Positions 17,748 to 26,923 of a stretch of 64,000 bases of DNA are shown here, piece by piece. Source of the DNA: Candidatus Multivoradales bacterium. Lineage in GTDB: Bacteria; Acidobacteriota; Thermoanaerobaculia; Multivoradales; Multivoraceae. Position numbers and translations under genes: made by a program. Under the pieces are notes generated by a model. That model was not told the origin of the DNA. It worked only from the letters and a program-made list of their open reading frames with translations, and did not search any database. Position 1 is the stretch's first letter. Each line of letters opens with the position of its first letter. The DNA lies in the NCBI GenBank assembly GCA_965223325.1, contig CBDCWI010000002.1, positions 3,424,001-3,488,000 of the forward strand, given 5' to 3'.

Positions 17748-18841
17748 CTTTCGCCGAGGTGGGCAAGCGGCAGGCGACTTGCCGCATTCCCTAGACGGGG
17801 GTCGTCCGCGAAGCCATGGCGCTGCCGTTGAAGCGCCGCCCAGGCGATCATCGCCGCGTTGTCCCCACTCCAAACAAGTGGCACCAGGAACAGCTCCACG
17901 CCGCGCCGCTTGGCCCACGCTTTGACCCGCCGGCGCAAAAGTGCGTTGGCGGCCGCACCGCCCGACACCGCCAAGCGGCGGATTCTCTGTCGCCGGGAAA
18001 GACGCTCGAGGCGCTCGAGCAACTGACCGACAGCCGCCTCGCGAAAGCCGGCAAGCAAGGCCAGCGCCTCAGTGCTACTGGTGATCGCCTCACGACCTCT
18101 CCCACGGAGACTCCCCGCCGCCTCGAGGCGTTCGATGTCGACCAGCGCCTGAGTCTTGAGGCCCGAGTAGGAAAAGTCGAGCGTGTCGCCACAACGTCCG
18201 ACCTTGAAGGGGTGTTCGTCAGCATTGCCGGATTCGGCCAGGCGATCGACCTCCGGCCCTGCTGGGAAGCCGAGCCCGAGGCGCTTCCCAACCTTGTCGA
18301 AGCACTCCCCCATGGCGTCGTCGCGAGTCTCGCCGAGAGTCTCCACGGCCGTGCCTTCGACCCGGTAGAGGGCAGTATGACCACCTGAAACCACCAGACC
18401 GAAAAAACGGTTCGGTGGCGGCTCCGAAGGCCCTGTCTCTCGCAGGAACGGCGACAGCAGGTGGCCCTCGAGGTGATGAACGGCGTGAAAGGACAGGCCG
18501 CGCGCCCAGGCCGCCGCGCGACCCAGCGACAGCCCCACCAGCAGGGAGCCGAGAAGCCCTGGCCCGCGGGTGGCGGCCACCGCACTCACGTCGGCCCAGG
18601 TAATGCCGGCTTGCGAGAAGGCTCCTTCTTCCACCGTTGGCCAGTTCAAGAGGTGCTGACGCGACGCGATCTCCGGCACCACGCCGCCGTATTGCTCGTG
18701 AACCAGCTGGCTCGAAACCACCGAGCTCAGAACGGTGCCCTGTCCATCGAGAACCGCACACGCTGTGTCGTCGCACGACGTCTCGATGCCGACGACGAAC
18801 CCGGCGCCCCTGTCCCCGCCTTTCACGTTCGGGTTTCTCAC
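17744..18841 (-). CDS. tsaD: tRNA N6-adenosine threonylcarbamoyltransferase
   Basis: GIETSCDDT, YGGVVPEIASRQH, HHLEGH, VSGGHT, DDAMGECFDK, DFSYSGLKT, DNAAMIA. Confidence 0.96.
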   Translation of the reverse strand: MRNPNVKGGDRGAGFVVGIETSCDDTACAVLDGQGTVLSSVVSSQLVHEQYGGVVPEIASRQHLLNWPTVEEGAFSQAGITWADVSAVAATRGPGLLGSLLVGLSLGRAAAWARGLSFHAVHHLEGHLLSPFLRETGPSEPPPNRFFGLVVSGGHTALYRVEGTAVETLGETRDDAMGECFDKVGKRLGLGFPAGPEVDRLAESGNADEHPFKVGRCGDTLDFSYSGLKTQALVDIERLEAAGSLRGRGREAITSSTEALALLAGFREAAVGQLLERLERLSRRQRIRRLAVSGGAAANALLRRRVKAWAKRRGVELFLVPLVWSGDNAAMIAWAALQRQRHGFADDPRLGNAASRLPLAHLGES

Positions 18842-18920
18842 CGGTGAATCATAGTCAGCCCGCCCGTGCGCTTCGCTATGCTTCGCCGACTTCTACATCC
18901 CTCGCGGAGCTGTTCTCGTC

Positions 18921-20207
18921 ATGACCCAGAACACGACGACTGGCCGTCTTCCTGGCCTCGATGACTTGCCCGCTGACCTCTCTGGGCAGACGGTCTTCGT
19001 GCGCGTCGATTTCAACGTGCCGATGGATGGTGCCGTCATCATCGATGACGCGCGCGTACGCCAAGCGCTCCCGACTCTCGGTGCTCTCCAGAAGCGAGGT
19101 GCGCGGCTCGTCGTGGCTTCGCATCGCGGGCGGCCCAAAGGTGAGAGGAGCGCCGAGCTTTCCCTGGCACCGGTCGCCACCAGGCTGGCCGAGCTCATGG
19201 CCCAAGCCACAGCAAGTGAAGGGCCCGGGGTTCTCTTCTGCAGCGACTGCATTGGAGATGCCCGGTCAGAGGCCCTCCGGAACCTCGCGCCGGGCGCCGT
19301 GTTGCTGCTCGAGAACCTTCGCTTCCATACGGGCGAAGAGGCGAACGATCCCCGGTTTGCTGCCGATCTCGCCCGCGGCTGCGACATCTATGTCAACGAC
19401 GCCTTCGGGTCGGCCCATCGCGCTCACGCTTCGGTGTCGGCGATCACCCGACTGTTCGACTCCGGCAGGACGGCGGCCGGCCAACTGATGCAACGCGAGG
19501 TCGAAGAGCTCAGCGCCCTGTTGGTGAAACCAGAGCGGCCCTTTGTCGCCGTCCTCGGCGGTGCCAAAATCTCGGGCAAGATCGACACCCTCTCCCATCT
19601 GGTCGAAACGGTCGATGCCCTGGTGATCGGCGGCGCGATGGCCAACACCTTCCTGCTCGCCGACGGAGCAGGTGTGGGCCGTTCGCTGGTGGAAGAGACC
19701 CGCACCGGCGACGCACTCCACATCCGCTCCCGAGCAGAGGAGCGTGGGATCGACCTTCTCCTGCCCGTCGATCTGGTGGTCACGGACCAACTGGGTGAAC
19801 CTGCCAACACCGCGCGACTCGCCGAGACCGTTGACGCTTCGGTGGTGCCCGCCGATCGTCTAGCCGTCGACATCGGTCCCGCGACGCGAAGGTCATTTCG
19901 GGCGGCCATTGATGGGGCCCGCTCGGTCTTCTGGAACGGCCCGATGGGGGTCTTCGAGGTACCCGAGTTCTCGCACGGGACCCGGGCGATCGCGGAAGCA
20001 GTCGGCGCAACCGCCGGCTACACCATTGTCGGCGGTGGCGAGACTGCAGCCGCGGCCCGTGCGGCCGGGGTCGAGGAAGCGATCGACTGGGTGTCGACCG
20101 GCGGCGGCGCATCCCTCGAGCTGCTCGCCGGCCAGGATCTTCCTGGCGTCGAGGCACTTCGCCCTGGAAACGAATCGGCGGACGAATCTCCAGGAGATGC
20201 ATCGTGA
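18921..20207 (+). CDS. pgk: Phosphoglycerate kinase
   Basis: RVDFNVP, SHRGRP, LLENLRF, NDAFGSAHRAHAS, GGAKISGKI, WNGPMGVFE, STGGGASLE. Confidence 0.97.
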   Translation: MTQNTTTGRLPGLDDLPADLSGQTVFVRVDFNVPMDGAVIIDDARVRQALPTLGALQKRGARLVVASHRGRPKGERSAELSLAPVATRLAELMAQATASEGPGVLFCSDCIGDARSEALRNLAPGAVLLLENLRFHTGEEANDPRFAADLARGCDIYVNDAFGSAHRAHASVSAITRLFDSGRTAAGQLMQREVEELSALLVKPERPFVAVLGGAKISGKIDTLSHLVETVDALVIGGAMANTFLLADGAGVGRSLVEETRTGDALHIRSRAEERGIDLLLPVDLVVTDQLGEPANTARLAETVDASVVPADRLAVDIGPATRRSFRAAIDGARSVFWNGPMGVFEVPEFSHGTRAIAEAVGATAGYTIVGGGETAAAARAAGVEEAIDWVSTGGGASLELLAGQDLPGVEALRPGNESADESPGDAS

Positions 20208-20977
20208 CCCAACGAACTCGCCTGATCGCAGCAAACTGGAAAATGAACCACCTGCGGGCCGACGCTCTCGGCTACGCCAGAACGCTGGCCGACGACTTCG
20301 AGGAAGCCGGCGTGCCCGCGGTCGACGTGGTGGTCTTCCCGCCAGCGACCGCGCTCGCCGCCATGGCCGACGCCGTCGCGCCACTCTCCGCCAGCACGAT
20401 GGTCGGCGGCCAGGACGTACATCCCCAAGAGAGTGGTGCTCACACCGGGGACCTGTCGGCGGCCATGTTGGTCGACGCGGGAGCGCGTTGGGCGCTTTGC
20501 GGTCACAGCGAACGACGGCGCGACCACGGCGAAACCTCGGAGTGGATCGCCGCCAAGACCCGCGCCGCCCGCGACGCTGGGTTGGCAGTCATGCTGTGCA
20601 TTGGTGAAACCCTGGCCGAGCGCGACGGCGGGACGATGACCGATGTCCTCACTGCCCAGCTGGCACCGATCGACCTCGAGTCCTGGACTGCCGAGCACCT
20701 CGCTATCGCATACGAGCCAGTCTGGGCGATCGGTACCGGACGCACCGCCAGCCCCGCCCAGGCCCAGGAGGCGCACCGTTTCATCCGCCAGGAGCTCGCC
20801 AGGCGAGGCTTCTCCCGGCTCGCCGACACCTGCCGCCTGCTCTATGGAGGGTCAGTAAAACCGGGCAATTGCGAGGATCTGATCGCCCTGGAAGACGTCG
20901 ACGGTTTTCTGATCGGTGGCGCAGGGCTTGATCCCAGGAGCTTCCTCGATATCATTCGCCGTTGCGACGTGGTCTGA
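20204..20977 (+). CDS. tpiA: Triosephosphate isomerase
   Basis: ANWKMN, GHSERR, IAYEPVWAIGTG, LYGGSVKP, DGFLIGGA. Confidence 0.97.
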   Translation: MTQRTRLIAANWKMNHLRADALGYARTLADDFEEAGVPAVDVVVFPPATALAAMADAVAPLSASTMVGGQDVHPQESGAHTGDLSAAMLVDAGARWALCGHSERRRDHGETSEWIAAKTRAARDAGLAVMLCIGETLAERDGGTMTDVLTAQLAPIDLESWTAEHLAIAYEPVWAIGTGRTASPAQAQEAHRFIRQELARRGFSRLADTCRLLYGGSVKPGNCEDLIALEDVDGFLIGGAGLDPRSFLDIIRRCDVV

Positions 20978-21097
20978 GATCCGTAGCCGCCGGAGGCGTC
21001 CACTCCATCTTTCCATCTACGCGCGGGTGCCCTGTCGCTCGAGTTTGCATGCCGAGTCACGGGCCGCCGCGCGTCGCCGATCCTTAAGGGGTTCGAA

Positions 21098-21556
21098 GTG
21101 TTTAGCGCTCTTACAGTTCTGCTCTACACCGTCCATGTGGTGGTGTCGCTTTTTCTCATCCTGGTCGTGCTCTTGCAGCAAGGCTCGGGGGCCGACCTAT
21201 CGGTCTTCGGCGGAGGGGCATCGCAGGCGGCCTTCGGTGCGCGCGGCGCAGCCAACATCCTGCACCGGCTCACGGTTGCCTGCTTCGTGGTGTTCATCGT
21301 CACCACGCTCTCAATCGGCCTGGTTCAAGGTCGTGAGTCGGGCTTCCTGAGTGCAGGAGACGCACCGGAAGTGACCGAAGGCGCCGTCGAGGATCTCGCT
21401 GGCACCGCAGCAGCGACGGCTGACGAAGCCGCGACGGCGGTCGAAGGCGCCGCCAGTGACGCGGCCGACGCCGTTCCCGACGCGGTCGCAACGCCAGCCG
21501 AAGCGGCGACCGAAGCACCGGCGGCAACAGACGACTCCTCCGGCGACGGAGGCTAA
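21098..21556 (+). CDS. secG: Preprotein translocase subunit SecG
   Basis: LILVVLLQQG.GADL..FGGG....FGARG; tpiA-secG-tRNA-Leu synteny. Confidence 0.93.
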   Translation: MFSALTVLLYTVHVVVSLFLILVVLLQQGSGADLSVFGGGASQAAFGARGAANILHRLTVACFVVFIVTTLSIGLVQGRESGFLSAGDAPEVTEGAVEDLAGTAAATADEAATAVEGAASDAADAVPDAVATPAEAATEAPAATDDSSGDGG

Positions 21557-21560
21557 GGTT

Positions 21561-21599
21561 AGAGCCTCCGATCGGGGCCTCCGATCAGAGCCTCCGAAC
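21561..21599. repeat. 13-bp tandem repeat, 3 copies
   Basis: agagcctccgatc / ggggcctccgatc / agagcctccgaac. Confidence 0.7.
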
Positions 21600-21686
21600 G
21601 GACAGTGGTCTGCTACACTGCGCCGTCGTTCGCGGGGCGAGCTCCTCTCTCGACCTGATCAACGCGACGCAGAGGAGAGTTCAAAA

Positions 21687-21771
21687 GCCGAAGTGGCGGA
21701 ATTGGTAGACGCGCACGGTTGAGGGCCGTGTGGGGCGACCCGTGTCGGTTCGAGTCCGACCTTCGGCACCA
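21687..21771 (+). tRNA. tRNA-Leu(GAG)
   Basis: GCCGAAGTGGCGGAATTGGTAGACGCG, anticodon arm cacgg-TTGAGGG-ccgtg, long variable arm, GGTTCGAGTCC, ends ACCA. Confidence 0.97.
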
Positions 21772-21818
21772 TCTCTCTGTGCAGCAGCCACCTCGGACCC
21801 GGAGCGCTAGCGGCGGTT

Positions 21819-22454
21819 CTACTCGACGACCTTGGCCGAGGTGATCACCACGTCTTCGGTGGGCGCATTGCGGTGTGGACCCCGCGGAGCGGTCTTGGTT
21901 TCGGCGATCGCGTCGACCACCGCCATGCCCTCGACGACTTGGCCAAACACCGCGTAGCCCCAACCTTGCGCACTCTTCTCCATGTGATCGAGGCTCTGGC
22001 TGTTGTCGCCGTGGTTGATGTAGAACTGGGCCGTCGCGCTGTGCGGATCGGGGGTGCGCGCCATCGCGATGGTACCGCGAACATTGGAGAGGCCATTGTC
22101 GGCTTCGTTCTGAATCGCAGCACTGGTGATCTTCTTGTCGTAGCCGACATCGAAACCACCGCCCTGAATCATGAAGTCCTTGATCACGCGGTGGAAGACG
22201 GTACCGTTGTAGAAGCCGTTCTTGACGTAGGAGAGGAAATTCTCCGTCGACAGCGGCGCCCTGGCGGCATCAAGCTCGACGACGATCGTGCCGAGCGTCG
22301 TCTCGAGGGCAACCCGTGGATTCGACGGCGCTTCAGTCTCTTCTGCAACGGCAGGACTCCACCCCACCAGGGCGGCCACGAGGAGAGCGACCGCGGTCAT
22401 GAGAACCAGGCGAAGGCTGAGGGGTTGGAAGGTGGTGATAGTCGGCTGAGCCAT
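21819..22454 (-). CDS. ppiA: Cyclophilin-type peptidyl-prolyl isomerase, exported
   Basis: [48 protein letters not shown]. Confidence 0.93.
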   Translation of the reverse strand: MAQPTITTFQPLSLRLVLMTAVALLVAALVGWSPAVAEETEAPSNPRVALETTLGTIVVELDAARAPLSTENFLSYVKNGFYNGTVFHRVIKDFMIQGGGFDVGYDKKITSAAIQNEADNGLSNVRGTIAMARTPDPHSATAQFYINHGDNSQSLDHMEKSAQGWGYAVFGQVVEGMAVVDAIAETKTAPRGPHRNAPTEDVVITSAKVVE

Positions 22455-22691
22455 GGCGTCGGTCTCCGTTTCTGTATCGTGAACTGTGTTTGGGTAAGGC
22501 TTCTCGGGTGAGCGGGCGATTCTGTGCATCGCGATCGACAGGCGGTCGTCGCTTCCGGGATGCTAGTTCAGATCGTGCTGAATGAGGCAACGCACCGCAG
22601 CTCACGGCAGGTAGCGACCTGGCTCGAACTTCGCCAACAGAGCAACATTGAAGGCCCTTCGAGTCTTCCCGTCACGCAGGAAGAGCGCAAC

Positions 22692-23363
22692 ATGACCGCA
22701 AACAATCCACTCACTGGAGTCGTGCTCGCCGGCGGGTCCTCGCGACGGTTTGGCCGCGACAAAGCGCTGCTCGAGCTCCCCGAGAAGGCCAGTTGGCTGG
22801 CACCGGCCGGCACCACCATGCTCGATTGGTCGGCCCAACGTCTACGCTCCGCCCTCCAGTTGGCGCGCCCACCAGCCGAGCCCGAGGTCCTGGTCGCCAG
22901 GCGTGACGGTGAGCTTCGCGGGAATCTCACCCCGGTTCCCGATGGCCCAGGCAAAGGTCCGGTCGCTGGCATCCTGGGAGCAGCCGCCGCCCGTCCGGGC
23001 CACGGGCTTCTGGTTCTCGCTTGTGATCTCCCGCTGGTGCCCGTTGAGCTGCTCGCCGAGCTGGCGGCCGGAGGGGGAGACTGGTACGTACCGCGCGACA
23101 GTGGCGGGCTTCAGCCCCTGTGCTCGCGATGGGGGCCGCGTGCACTCTCTGCCCTGGCGGAACGCGTCGCCAGTGGAGTGTTCGGCCTCTCCAGCCTGGC
23201 TGAGGGAGCCGATGGCGATCTCGACATCCGGTTCCTGGCAGGCGAAGAGTTGGCGGACTGGGAGAAGCAACAGCACCCTCTGCCGCTCTTCTTGAACTGC
23301 AACCAGCCAGACGAATGGGATCGCATTGTGCGCAGTACGCCCCCGCGCAGGACCTCGGCCTAG
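22692..23363 (+). CDS. mobA: Molybdenum cofactor guanylyltransferase
   Basis: VLAGGSSRRFGRDKA, GPVAGI, LACDLP, LQPLC, FLNCN.P. Confidence 0.88.
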   Translation: MTANNPLTGVVLAGGSSRRFGRDKALLELPEKASWLAPAGTTMLDWSAQRLRSALQLARPPAEPEVLVARRDGELRGNLTPVPDGPGKGPVAGILGAAAARPGHGLLVLACDLPLVPVELLAELAAGGGDWYVPRDSGGLQPLCSRWGPRALSALAERVASGVFGLSSLAEGADGDLDIRFLAGEELADWEKQQHPLPLFLNCNQPDEWDRIVRSTPPRRTSA

Positions 23364-23785
23364 GAGCCCGTGCCGGCGGACTCGTCGGGAGGGACCGGCT
23401 CGCCATCGACCATCAACGGGTCCCAGGTATCCGGCGCCTGAAACGGATTGCAGCGCAGCACCCGCCAAGTGGCGGCGAGTGAACCCCGCAAGGTGCCGTG
23501 ATGAACCACCGCCGCCCGGCCGTAGGCGCTGCACGTCGGCCTGAACTTACAGCGCACCCCCGAGGCGGCAACACGCGGTGAGATGTGAGCGCGGTAGAAG
23601 TCGATGGCACCCACCAGGACCTGCGCGCTCCACTGATCGGGCGGCGGTCGCGTGACGTCGAAGGCGAAGAGAACGAACAGCAGGGCTCCCGCGACCACCA
23701 ACCGTCGCCCCCAGCGCGGCGAGCGCATTGCGGGCGTCGGGTCTTCGAGTCGTGGTCCGGCATCAGCTGCCGCGGAAGGCTTCAC
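23360..23785 (-). CDS. YidD-like membrane protein insertion efficiency factor paralog (start uncertain)
   Basis: YRAHISP..CKFRPTCSAY...HG..RG....WRVLRCNPF; extra N-terminal TM segment. Confidence 0.8.
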   Translation of the reverse strand: MKPSAAADAGPRLEDPTPAMRSPRWGRRLVVAGALLFVLFAFDVTRPPPDQWSAQVLVGAIDFYRAHISPRVAASGVRCKFRPTCSAYGRAAVVHHGTLRGSLAATWRVLRCNPFQAPDTWDPLMVDGEPVPPDESAGTGS

Positions 23786-23796
23786 CGTTCTCTCGG

Positions 23797-24231
23797 TCAG
23801 AAACGATCGGCGAACCCGCTCACTCCTGGTACCACGAGCCGTTGGTCGTTGACTGCGCGCACCGCGGCAACGACGTGCACAACGAGGATCGCGAGAGCGA
23901 TCACCGGCACAACGAAGCAACCGAGACAGCTGGCGCCCGGTATCTGCGCCAACACACCGAGCACGATCCAGCCGAGGATCTCGGCCACGAAGAGCACCAA
24001 CCCGTTCTTGGCATGCCAGCGGGTCTCGTCGTCGAGGCCGTCGACCAGGAGAGGAATGCACGCCAGCGGTCCCATGTAGGCCAGCACCCGCATGAGGTTT
24101 CGCTGGCCATTGGCAGGAGGTGGCGGACCCGGTGGCGGTTCACCATCGGCAGGAGGACCGGGGGGCTCGGGCGGAACGGGTGGTTCCGGTGGCTCCGGCG
24201 GTGCTCCGGTTGGAGGGGTTGGGTCGCTCAT
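23797..24231 (-). CDS. DUF4870-like membrane protein with Pro-rich N-terminus
   Basis: VLAY....IPLL....RWHAKNGLVLF....AV......PGV. Confidence 0.75.
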   Translation of the reverse strand: MSDPTPPTGAPPEPPEPPVPPEPPGPPADGEPPPGPPPPANGQRNLMRVLAYMGPLACIPLLVDGLDDETRWHAKNGLVLFVAEILGWIVLGVLAQIPGASCLGCFVVPVIALAILVVHVVAAVRAVNDQRLVVPGVSGFADRF

Positions 24232-24326
24232 GTTGAACTCCTGGTTCTCTGTCGCCGGTCAATGGTTCCGGCAACGCGGGATCAGTCTACCCGGGTCACG
24301 AATCAATTTCGGGTGGTCTGCCATCG

Positions 24327-24962
24327 TCACTGACTGTCGTCGGGGCCCTCGGCACCGACTCCGATCTCGAGCAAGTGCTCTCGGAGCTCCTCGACTCGAT
24401 GTTGGTAGACCTCGAGCGTCATCGAAACCGCCTCGCCGTAGACGGCGTCTGCAATCACCACCGCTGGCGGATTGACGAGTCGCTTCACTCTTCCCACCTT
24501 GTCGTACGGAATGAGCATGGTCAGTTGTTTCACCGGCACAACCCAGCGGCGCGGCAGATCGGCTAGCAGGAGCCTGGCGGACCCTGCATAGGCCCGAGCG
24601 AGCCCACCCTTCCCGAGTTTGGTGCCGCCGAACCACCGCACCACAACGACCAGTACATCGTGGAGCTCCGCACCGCGCAGCACCTGCAAGATGGGTGGCC
24701 CGGCAGTACCGCGCGGCTCGCCGGCATCGTTCGAGCGCTCGCGTGCTTCTGGGCCGGCGCCCAGGCGCCAGGCCCAACAGTGGTGACTCGAGTCGGAGTG
24801 ACGCTGGGCGATATCGGCCAGGCGTTCAGCAACGGCGGCCTTCGAATCGACCGGGTAGAGGTAGCCGAGGAAGCGCGAGCCTTTTTCGCGAAGTTCAGCG
24901 ACCGCGCTGGCAGCCGGCGCCGCGTAGCGGCCGGGAACCGCCTCTTCCTCTGAAGCGGTCAC
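24327..24962 (-). CDS. yigZ: YigZ/IMPACT family protein
   Basis: EKGSRF, SHHCWAWR, DAGEP.GTAG.PIL, VVRWFGGTKLG.GGL.RAY. Confidence 0.9.
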   Translation of the reverse strand: MTASEEEAVPGRYAAPAASAVAELREKGSRFLGYLYPVDSKAAVAERLADIAQRHSDSSHHCWAWRLGAGPEARERSNDAGEPRGTAGPPILQVLRGAELHDVLVVVVRWFGGTKLGKGGLARAYAGSARLLLADLPRRWVVPVKQLTMLIPYDKVGRVKRLVNPPAVVIADAVYGEAVSMTLEVYQHRVEELREHLLEIGVGAEGPDDSQ

Positions 24963-24963
24963 G

Positions 24964-26151
24964 TTAGCTACCGTGGACCGCCAAGGCCTCCAGATAGGCA
25001 TCGAGGTAGGCATCGACGACGCTTTCGCGATCGAAGTTATGCCCCGCCCAGTGCGCCGCCTCGGCTGACATGGCTCGGTGGCGATCGGCGTCACCGAGGA
25101 GCGCCACGGCATGAGCGGCCATCGCCTCGGTGTCACCAACCGAACACAAATAGCCGGTTTCACCGTGGCGCACGACCTCGGGCAGGCCGCCGATCTCGCT
25201 GGCGATGACGGGCACACCACATGCCAGCGCTTCGAGCGCCGCGAGGCCAAAGGACTCGCTCTCACTCGGCAGCAGGAACAAGTCGGCCCCGAGCAGCGCC
25301 TCCTCGACCCGCGGGAGCTGCCCGAGGACCGAGACAGCATCTTCCAGGCCTTGTTCGCGACACCACGCCAGCGCTTTCCCCTGGTCGGGACCGTCGCCGA
25401 CCAGCAGCAGCCGGGCGGGCAGCTGGTCTCGAACTCGCTTGAATACAGAGACGACGTCCGGAATGCGTTTGACCGAGCGGTAGTTCGAGACGTGGACGAT
25501 GAGTTTCTCGTCGCCCTGGCGATAGCGCTCGGCGGTCTTGCCCTGGCTGCGCGCTGCCTCGAGCTCTTCGGGATTGATATCGACGAAGTTCGGCACGACC
25601 AGAATTGGGCGGTCGACGCCGAGCTGCTGGGCGGTCGTACGGCGCAGCGAGTCTGAAACTGCCGTCACGACCTCACTCTCGTTGACGCTGAAACGAGTCG
25701 TTGCCAGGTAACTCGGATCGTTTCCCACCAGCGTCACGTCCGTTCCGTGAAGCGTCGTGATCACCGGCAACTGACGCTCCGGCGCCAGAATCTGGCGCGC
25801 GAGGACGGCAGAAACCGCATTGGGTACCGCGTAGTGAACGTGCATCAGGTCGAGCTCGTAACGTCTTGCGACGTCGACCATGGCGGTCGCCAGCGCAAGC
25901 GAATAGGGAGGGTGCTCGAACAAGGGGTAGGTGCGAACCTCGACCTGATGAAAGGTCACGTCGGCGTGCCCTGCCGCCAGGCGAAAAGGAACCGCCCAAC
26001 TCAGCACGTGGACTTCGTGGCCTCGATCGGCCATCGCCTTGGCGACTTCGCTCGCGACGACCCCCGAACCGCCGTAGGTCGGGTAGCAACTCACTCCGAT
26101 GCGCAGTGGCCGATCGACGCCTGGACGGCCGTTGCGAGTGCGCACTGCCAT
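24964..26151 (-). CDS. bshA: N-acetyl-alpha-D-glucosaminyl L-malate synthase
   Basis: RIGVSCYPTYGGSGVVA, YPLFEHPPY, HVHYAVP, TTLHGTDVTLVG, HVSNYR.VKR, ESFGLAALEA. Confidence 0.93.
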   Translation of the reverse strand: MAVRTRNGRPGVDRPLRIGVSCYPTYGGSGVVASEVAKAMADRGHEVHVLSWAVPFRLAAGHADVTFHQVEVRTYPLFEHPPYSLALATAMVDVARRYELDLMHVHYAVPNAVSAVLARQILAPERQLPVITTLHGTDVTLVGNDPSYLATTRFSVNESEVVTAVSDSLRRTTAQQLGVDRPILVVPNFVDINPEELEAARSQGKTAERYRQGDEKLIVHVSNYRSVKRIPDVVSVFKRVRDQLPARLLLVGDGPDQGKALAWCREQGLEDAVSVLGQLPRVEEALLGADLFLLPSESESFGLAALEALACGVPVIASEIGGLPEVVRHGETGYLCSVGDTEAMAAHAVALLGDADRHRAMSAEAAHWAGHNFDRESVVDAYLDAYLEALAVHGS

Positions 26152-26155
26152 CGCT

Positions 26156-26923
26156 CTAGGGGAGACCCTGGGGAACGAGCGACAGGAGGTCGTCGATCGG
26201 TAGCGGGGTGAGCGTTTCGAAGGACTCGCCGTAACCAACACCGATCCGTTGGCCACACGCCCGAGCGCGCGCAGCGATCGACTCCCGAAACAATTGACCG
26301 CCAACTCGAGTCGGCGGCCTTCCATCCCCACCGGCCTGGTCATCTCCGCTGTGGGCCGCCGCCCAGAGTTGCGTGCGATAGGCATCGAGTGCCTGTTGGC
26401 GGGTATCCCAGACGTCGCTGACGTCAACGATGATCGAGGGTTCCACCGGCCAGTGCAGGGCATAGAAGAGAAGCTGACCCGGGCGATGAGGTTCACCGCC
26501 GCCTGCCACAACGCGCCGAATCAATCCGGCGTAGTAACAGGCATCTCTGGTTAAACGATGCGCCCGCTCATGATCGGGATGCCGATCGCACGCTCCGGGC
26601 GCGAGGACAAGCCGCGGCCGACGTAACCGGAGGCGCTCGATCAGGGCGTCTTCGCTGGCGCGATCGACACGCAGCCCGCCGTCGCCACAGTCGAGCACGT
26701 CGAGCGACACGGCCCCGAGAACACGGGCCGCCTCTTCTGCCTCGGCGATGCGCTCTTCGGGAGTTCCGCGGGTGCCCGCCTCGCCACGGGTGAGATGAAG
26801 AATGCCGACGCGATGGCCACGCCCCGACAGGGCAGCCAGGGTTCCGCCGCACCCGATCTCGACGTCGTCGGGGTGCGGGCCAACCGCCAGCACGTCAACC
26901 GTTGGGTCTTCGTTCGCCGTCAC
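26156..26923 (-). CDS. bshB1: Bacillithiol biosynthesis deacetylase
   Basis: PHPDDVEIGCGGT, LTRGEAGTRGT...R..EA, DRHPDH; lies between bshC and bshA. Confidence 0.9.
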   Translation of the reverse strand: MTANEDPTVDVLAVGPHPDDVEIGCGGTLAALSGRGHRVGILHLTRGEAGTRGTPEERIAEAEEAARVLGAVSLDVLDCGDGGLRVDRASEDALIERLRLRRPRLVLAPGACDRHPDHERAHRLTRDACYYAGLIRRVVAGGGEPHRPGQLLFYALHWPVEPSIIVDVSDVWDTRQQALDAYRTQLWAAAHSGDDQAGGDGRPPTRVGGQLFRESIAARARACGQRIGVGYGESFETLTPLPIDDLLSLVPQGLP

